A stretch of 64,000 nucleotides of DNA from Candidatus Omnitrophota bacterium. GTDB taxonomy: Bacteria > Omnitrophota > Gorgyraeia > Gorgyraeales > Gorgyraeaceae. The notes under the pieces were generated by a model, which ran no database searches, was not told the origin of the DNA, and was given only the letters and a program-made list of their open reading frames with translations. Of the stretch, positions 59,277-64,000 are shown piece by piece. Where the stretch lies: NCBI GenBank assembly GCA_030649895.1, contig JAUSEX010000020.1, positions 23,109-87,108 of the forward strand, given 5' to 3'. The first letter of the stretch is position 1, and the number at the start of each line of letters is the position of its first letter. Both the position numbers and the translations under genes were made by a program.

Positions 59277-59386
59277 CTGTTGTTTTAAATATTTGTGGGA
59301 CATATAAAGGATTCGAAGAGAGTCCTGATAGATGCGACTAACAGGAGCATCTGTTTATCAGGACGAGTGGCCGACCCGAAGCGAAG

Positions 59387-59407
59387 CGGAGGGCGCCGAA
59401 TCCTTCT
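59387..59407 (+). repeat. Direct repeat of the last 21 nt of tRNA-Tyr (GAATCCTTCTCTGCCCACCA plus the preceding GCGCC), an att-like duplication
   Basis: Exact match to 59256-59276, lying 110 bp downstream of the intact tRNA. Confidence 0.7.
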
Positions 59408-59487
59408 CTGCCCACCAAATCCGCTGAAAGCGGATTTGATCTTGAGATTGCGACTGAATAAGGAGCAATCGAAAGACCTTATAAATA

Positions 59488-59732
59488 TGGATTTTTGGCA
59501 TGTCTATATCATAGAATGTAAAGATAAGAAATTTTATGTAGGCATAGCCAAAGATTTAGATAATCGCATTAAATTACATAGCAAAGGGCTGGCTTGTAGG
59601 TTTACAAAATATAGGAAGTTTATTAGATTAGTTTATAAAGAAACTTATAATACCAAGTCAGAAGCAAGAAAAAGAGAATTAGAAATAAAAGGGTATAAGA
59701 GAGAGAAAAAGTTAGAGTTGGCAGGTGGATAG
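59488..59732 (+). CDS. GIY-YIG nuclease superfamily protein (COG2827 / UPF0213-like small endonuclease)
   Basis: 81-aa protein: WHVYIIECKDKKFYVGIAKDLDNRIKLHSKG...EARKRELEIKGYKREKK matches the GIY-YIG fold motifs (YIYxL..G..YVG..D...R...H) and conserved Arg/Glu. The longer track ORF (59295) runs through the tRNA-fragment repeat and is probably not translated. Confidence 0.8.
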
Positions 59733-59790
59733 GTTCTTCGGCAGCTAAAATGCTTGCTTTGCTCGCATTTTTTACGCTGTCTCAGAATCA
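59732..59790 (+). repeat. tRNA-leader repeat, copy D, followed by a pseudo-tRNA fragment instead of an intact tRNA
   Basis: GGTTCTTCGGCAGCTAAAATGCTTGCTTTGCTCGCATTTTTTACGCTGTCTCAGAATC begins at the stop codon of the GIY-YIG gene. Confidence 0.7.
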
Positions 59791-59805
59791 GTTTTGCTTC
59801 GCAAA

Positions 59806-59860
59806 GCTGGCGTAGCTCAACGGTAGAGCAATGGTTTTGTAATGTGATTTGAGCATTTTT
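59806..59860 (+). pseudogene. Degenerate tRNA 5'-half fragment (acceptor plus D-arm) similar to the tRNA(CAU) at 52164
   Basis: GCTGGCGTAGCTCAACGGTAGAGCA aligns with GGCGGCGTAGCTCAGCCTGGCAGAGCA of the upstream tRNA. No anticodon or T arms can be folded. Confidence 0.4.
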
Positions 59861-60227
59861 CATAACTCCTTGAAATTATTGTAACTACATTATATTGCAA
59901 TAAGTTAGAATGGGTTAAGAGCAGGCTTGAGCAGGCCCGAAAAGGCTGGTTATGGGCTGTGCATGGACAGCATTTGGACAGCAGAGTTATATTGAGTGTG
60001 TGGTGTGTTTTAAATGAGAAGAATACGATTCCCCTTGACGCTCAGAGGGAAGTCAGGTAAACTAAGCTATAATGAGTGGACATCATTCTTGCGATAGTAG
60101 GGGCAGCTATTAAAAAATATGGCTGTTATTTTTTTCTCTAAAATTGGGCAATTTTGTGGTATACTTATAGTAGGGGATAGCCGGGGGTTATACCCTAATA
60201 TTTGTCTATAAAAAGGAGGTGATAGAT

Positions 60228-60620
60228 ATGTTTAGAAAAATTTTAGGAATCAAGAAAGGTTTTTCTGGAGGTAAAAAAGTTTCTTCTCAAGTGGAATCCC
60301 TTTTAACCTGCTTAGAATATAAAGACGATGATTATTGTATAGCTCATTGTTTAGAGTTTGATATAGTTGCACAGGGAAAGACATTTGAGCAGGCTAATGA
60401 ATCTTTGGCAGAATTAATTAAAGAGCAGATAACTTTTGCTGTTGAGAAAGATTTAGAGGAGACGGTTTTATTTCATCCTGCTCCATCTAAATATTGGGAT
60501 ATAGTTCGCAACTTAAAAACAAAAATGGCTAGAAAAGAATTATTGAGCAGACCTAATATTACTACAGAGCAAATTTTAGATAGAACAGAATGCATTTCTG
60601 CCCATGCATACTCAAGATAA
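60228..60620 (+). CDS. hicB: HicB-family antitoxin (UPF0150 / RNase-H-like fold)
   Basis: YCIAHCLEFDIVAQGKTFEQANESLAELIKEQITF matches the HicB N-terminal domain. ATG 60228 sits 6 nt after AGGAGGTG; the track uses GTG 60219. Overlaps the downstream hicA by 17 nt. Confidence 0.65.
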   Translation: MFRKILGIKKGFSGGKKVSSQVESLLTCLEYKDDDYCIAHCLEFDIVAQGKTFEQANESLAELIKEQITFAVEKDLEETVLFHPAPSKYWDIVRNLKTKMARKELLSRPNITTEQILDRTECISAHAYSR

Positions 60621-60843
60621 GCCCCTCCCGTATCGTGAGATTCTCTCAAAGTTAAGAGAATTTGGCGTCCAAGAGATTAAAAGAAAAGGTGTTAAAATAA
60701 TATTATTTCATCCTAACGTTAATGGAAAGCCAGCTTCTTATCCTATGGATATTCATAAAGAGAGTCAGGTATTCAGTAGACCTGTTGTAAGGGCCATTAG
60801 AAATAGGTTCAATATTCCATTGGAGCAGTTTTATTCAAGATAG
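60604..60843 (+). CDS. hicA: HicA-family mRNA interferase toxin (YcfA-like)
   Basis: 79-aa protein: ILSKLREFGVQEIKRKGVKIILFHPNVNGKPASYPMDIHKESQVFSRPVVRAIRNRFNI fits the HicA dsRBD-like pattern (G.H..F.HP.....T.P.H....L...T...I..Q). Coupled to hicB. Confidence 0.6.
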   Translation: MHTQDKPLPYREILSKLREFGVQEIKRKGVKIILFHPNVNGKPASYPMDIHKESQVFSRPVVRAIRNRFNIPLEQFYSR

Positions 60844-60999
60844 ACATCGCAAGCCATAGCCATTCCTTCCGACTGAAAGCCAGCCAATAAAATAAGTCCT
60901 TGTGTTCATAAGAGAGAATTGATATAATTTTAGTATGAGCTTCCAGACATCTCAATTTAAATTGTGGCGGAAACGCTACGGAAAGACCCTTGTGCTTTG

Positions 61000-61029
61000 A
61001 GTCTGGATCTCGCACGGGGGTTTTTTATT
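61000..61029 (+). terminator. Candidate intrinsic terminator: GC stem followed by a T6 run
   Basis: CCCTTGTGC...GCACGGGGG TTTTTT ATT lies downstream of hicA. The stem is imperfect. Confidence 0.35.
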
Positions 61030-61039
61030 CAGAATAGGT

Positions 61040-61960
61040 TTCAGAAACTAATAGTGATATACCTTCCGACTGCGCACAGTCGGCCGAATGAGAAGATAGC
61101 TCGTCTACGGCTCGCAAGCCGTAGTTTACATAACGAAAGTTATGTAAAAGAGCTAAGCCAGTAATCACCGACCGTTATAGAGGTAATAAAGCTAAAGGGC
61201 ATACAGGCATTAAGCACGAACCCGCCTACATAGTAGACGGGACACAGTCATCACGCCGCGCGTGATGTCTGTGGGTGATTAAAGGTAAATAGTGGCATAT
61301 TCTTGAGGCAAACCACAAGAATGTGCCTCTATTTACCGCTGCCTGTATGCGTTCCTTAAATTCTTTATTACCTCTGTAACGGGAACCGACTATAGTGGAC
61401 ACTATAGGCGGTTAGGTGATGTATGGCGGTTCTTCGAATGGGCTTGTGATGTTGATGTGTTGAAGAGTTTCTATGCGTATTAACGTATGCCAGGGACACT
61501 GAGACGCTTGGAATATCGAAGACAAACGGATACACAATGGCGATGATAGTTTTTAGTAGTCGCAGCGAACCTGAACAATCGAAGCGTTCGCATTGGACAC
61601 ATTGATGGATTTGACATATCGCAGCGAACCTAAATAGTCGAAGATGTTGCCTAAGACGGCGGGCAGTTTAATTTGTTGAAGCGTTCGCATTGGACGCATG
61701 TTGGAGTTGAATATCACGCGAAACGTACTCACATAGAGTGTGGCTCGGATGAAGATGTAGCGCAGCGAAGCGCGCCTCCGAAGGACGACTCGCCGAATAG
61801 GCGAGACGGCGCGCGGAGCGGAGCGGGTCAACGCTGAAGATGTAGCGACACGACGAATAGGAGTGTCGCGGGCATAGGAAAGGAGAAGCTCGTTCTCGCG
61901 AGAAGCGAGAACGAGCGGACGACTGGCAGTTTAATTTGAAGTAATGAGCGCGAAGCGGCC
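61040..61960 (+). other. GC-rich, hairpin-dense noncoding block: three perfect tetraloop hairpins, a roughly 220-nt nested inverted repeat, then degenerate tandem hairpin repeats
   Basis: Hairpins CCGACTG-CGCA-CAGTCGG (61066-61083), CTACGGCT-CGCA-AGCCGTAG (61105-61124), TACATAAC-GAAA-GTTATGTA (61128-61147). Outer IR 61165-61208 pairs with 61329-61384. Repeated modules CGCAGCGAACCT..TCGAAG / GAAGCGTTCGCATTGGAC occur twice, and GGCAGTTTAATTTG twice. 12-bp perfect hairpin GCTCGTTCTCGC-GAGAA-GCGAGAACGAGC at 61888-61916. Confidence 0.6.
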
Positions 61961-62219
61961 GTAAAGTTTCATTGATTTTTCTTTCTTTTTAAGAACAATT
62001 TTTTAGTTTAACTTTAACACAATAAAACCGTGAAAAAAATAGAACTTTCAAGATTAAACATAGGTATGGTTCCAGCTCATACTCGGGGCAAAAACAATTT
62101 TGGGGGGAGAAAAAACAATGAATAGTTACTTGGTAACCTTGATACAAGCGAAGTAAAAAGTTTTGTTAGATGTCCAGAGAAAATAGCCTTTCATGAATAT
62201 ATAAGAGTAAGGAGCATAA

Positions 62220-62603
62220 ATGAGAAAGATCTTAGCGTTGTTATTGTGTTTGGGGTTGTGTGGATGTGCTTCTCTGAGTGGAGTTAGGACAATGAATAGG
62301 GAAAACTTATTGAAGTTATCTATTGGAATGACCAAACAAGAGGCGTTGAATGTTATGGGGACTAAGTCATTTGGAACATATACCGATGGTAGAATAAATA
62401 ATCCATATCGGAACGAAATTTTATCTAATAAAGAAGGCAAGGTCTTTGAAGTTTTATACTATTATACAGACGCAAAAAGGATAGACGGTGCTATTACCGA
62501 TGACGAACTTACTCCACTTATATTTGATAATGGAAAACTCACAGGTTGGGGTTGGAGTTTTCTACAGGATAATGTCCAGAAGTATGAATTGAGGATGAGA
62601 TAA
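62220..62603 (+). CDS. SmpA/OmlA (BamE-like) domain lipoprotein
   Basis: Lipoprotein signal with lipobox LGLCGC-A, then LKLSIGMTKQEALNVMGTK resembling the BamE motif. AT-rich codon usage. Confidence 0.55.
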   Translation: MRKILALLLCLGLCGCASLSGVRTMNRENLLKLSIGMTKQEALNVMGTKSFGTYTDGRINNPYRNEILSNKEGKVFEVLYYYTDAKRIDGAITDDELTPLIFDNGKLTGWGWSFLQDNVQKYELRMR

Positions 62604-62744
62604 ACTCCACTTTAGATACATAAAGCGAAGTTGAGAGAGGGAAAGATGCGTCAGAGATGCTGGCGAAAAGGTAATTTAATCCCTACAAGGAAATTTCAGA
62701 GAAAAGAAATTCGTATTAATTGTTAGAGTTAATTAAAAATATCT

Positions 62745-63467
62745 ATGCGAGAATCTAATAAATGTGTTATTTGTTTAAAGAATTTTAATAATTCTATTAA
62801 AGATGATTCCAAGACAGAGGAACACGTTTTTCCAAAATCATGGTATCCTGAAAGTACGCCCAATGACCTTGAAAAGTGGAAAGTTCCTTCATGCAGAAAA
62901 TGCAATAATGACTATAGCCTCTACGAGCAAAATTTATTAATTAGATTAGGTCTAGGTCTTTTTAAAAAAAATGAAAAATGTTCTGGAATAATAGAAAAAG
63001 CAAGGAGATCGATTGACCCAACATACGCAAAAAATGAGAGAGATAGGCAAAAAAGGTTAAAATGTAGAGAAGAAGTAATAAGAGATTTAAGTAGCTCAGA
63101 TAAGATATCTTCAAAAGGTATCTTGCCAAATTTTGGTGCTGATGAAAAAATCAAATATAAAGAATATCCTATTTTACTAATCAGAGCCGATTATTTAAAA
63201 AAGTTCGCCATTAAAATTGTCAGAGGGATGACATTCCTTTTTGATGGATTTTTGATAGAAGATGATTACGAGATCAATCATTTCTTTATAAAGGATGAAG
63301 AGCAAAAGCCTTTCATGGAAATTATAGATAAATTTGGAAGTACCGAACATAGAGGTCCTGGGATTGTTGTGGGACGAGCAGTAGTATTTGATGATCATAA
63401 ATCTTCTTTTTATAGAATTGATATTTGGGGGAAATTAAAAATTTTCGCAACTGTTAGAAGAAGGTGA
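62745..63467 (+). CDS. HNH-endonuclease-domain protein with about 180-aa uncharacterised C-terminal domain
   Basis: N-terminal CVIC..(22)..EEHVFPKS..(10)..NDL..(9)..CRKCNN fits the HNH pattern: CxxC, catalytic H, structural N, CxxC-N. The C-terminal region has no recognisable motif. Confidence 0.6.
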   Translation: MRESNKCVICLKNFNNSIKDDSKTEEHVFPKSWYPESTPNDLEKWKVPSCRKCNNDYSLYEQNLLIRLGLGLFKKNEKCSGIIEKARRSIDPTYAKNERDRQKRLKCREEVIRDLSSSDKISSKGILPNFGADEKIKYKEYPILLIRADYLKKFAIKIVRGMTFLFDGFLIEDDYEINHFFIKDEEQKPFMEIIDKFGSTEHRGPGIVVGRAVVFDDHKSSFYRIDIWGKLKIFATVRRR

Positions 63468-63523
63468 ATGATTTAAAATACTCTAATAAAGCGCTCATCT
63501 TTGTGTTAGACAGAAATAAAGAA

Positions 63524-64000
63524 TGATGATAAATATTACAATTACAGATATCAATGCTGTTTTAGGTATTTTATTTGGTCTCTCGGGTTTAACCCTTGCT
63601 ATTATAAATTATCATCGTGATAATCCGAAGATAGTTGTAGATTTGAGCTGGGATATGAGGATGATTGAAGTTGGTGGAGGGCCACAAAATACGGATAAGT
63701 TGCATGGTGTGATAACTGTAACAAATATTGGAAGAAGACCCATCTATATTAGTCACGTATCGTTAAAACTACCCTCAAAAGGTTATCTTCTCTTAATAGA
63801 AGGGGTATCAGGGCAGAAGCTTACTGAAGGAGATACACCAAGGACATTTACGGTTAGCCATGATCAAATAATTCAAAAAATTGGTGGGCGTTTACAAAAA
63901 CAACCGAATATGTGGAGACTAATAAGAGCTCAAGTTAGTGACTCAGCAGGTAAAGTATATTTATCAAAGAAAATAAAGAATTGCCCTGATTGGGCTAAAA
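63524..64000 (+). CDS. Single-pass membrane protein of unknown function, 3'-truncated by the window
   Basis: ATG 63524. One N-terminal TM helix (AVLGILFGLSGLTLAII) then a soluble beta-rich domain. The frame is open to the window end, so it is absent from the ORF track. Confidence 0.4.

Noticed and set aside
59330-59410. Second complete tRNA downstream of tRNA-Tyr
   Set aside because: Only the 3' acceptor/T-stem half is present. No matching 5' acceptor strand or anticodon arm can be folded. It is a fragment duplication.
59295-59487. Long N-terminal extension of the GIY-YIG ORF (track start 59295)
   Set aside because: The extension runs through the duplicated tRNA-Tyr 3' fragment and hairpin DNA. 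The conserved GIY-YIG domain begins at Met 59488, which has its own upstream AAGGAG.
61553-61831. 92-aa minus-strand ORF inside the GC-rich hairpin block
   Set aside because: Arg-rich low-complexity translation typical of random ORFs in GC-rich palindromic DNA. No RBS or start context. It overlaps the tandem hairpin modules.
61540-61960. CRISPR array
   Set aside because: The repeated modules are degenerate, of unequal spacing (61 and 96 nt) and interleaved rather than forming a fixed repeat with unique spacers. No cas genes are nearby.

Overview
This 64-kb window is an AT-rich bacterial chromosome segment from a diderm organism, with FadL-family and BamE-like outer-membrane proteins and an HtrA protease. 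It is dense with plus-strand housekeeping genes, in this order.

- Cell envelope and RNA turnover: an O-antigen-ligase/GT2 pair, rpsO-pnp, uppP, ftsK, rodZ, rimO, pgsA-pgpA, thpR and cinA (both minus strand), recA, htrA and alaS.
- Amino-acid biosynthesis: a his-trp supraoperon with hisD-B-H-A-F-I followed by trpE-G-D-C-F.
- After the signalling operon below: apgM, lysC-cimA, valS, nadC, uvrB, birA-coaX, mnmA, a LarE-family PP-loop ATPase, a tRNA(CAU) placed immediately before tilS, then tilS-ftsH-folP-cdaA-pdxJ-acpS-nnr and tRNA-Tyr.

Three things stand out.

1. A tightly coupled 9.3-kb operon at 28.5-37.8 kb looks like a fatty-acid-derived signalling system. It runs: excisionase-type HTH, FadL-like outer-membrane channel, a dedicated ACP, an acyl-AMP/ACP ligase and an alpha-oxoamine synthase (CqsA/SPT/BioF family). 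The synthase is translationally fused to a multi-TM GAF histidine kinase, a stand-alone receiver, a 79-aa possible Hpt protein and a REC-REC-GAF-HD-GYP phosphodiesterase. That transduction half resembles a split RpfC plus RpfG. I read it as a candidate, previously undescribed, lipid/aminoketone signal wired to c-di-GMP turnover through a phosphorelay.

2. Several families of short GC-rich repeats are present. They include nested-palindrome REP-like elements at gene 3' ends and a cccgttc/gaacggg double hairpin. A roughly 50-nt mosaic element carries heptanucleotide tandem repeats (GCTCAAG and relatives). These elements are inserted in frame inside essential genes (ftsK, alaS, trpE, valS twice, nadC) and at the ends of the GT2 gene and pdxJ. 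This is reminiscent of Rickettsia palindromic elements.

3. Downstream of tRNA-Tyr there is an accessory island. It contains a 21-bp duplicate of the tRNA 3' end, a GIY-YIG nuclease gene, a copy of a tRNA-leader repeat plus a pseudo-tRNA fragment, and a hicB-hicA pair. A 1.1-kb GC-rich hairpin-dense noncoding block with degenerate tandem hairpin repeats follows. The island ends with an AT-rich module of a BamE-like lipoprotein, an HNH-domain protein and a single-pass membrane protein that is truncated by the window.

No rRNA, CRISPR array, transposase or integrase gene was seen. All calls come from reading the sequence and the supplied ORF translations; no database searches were run.
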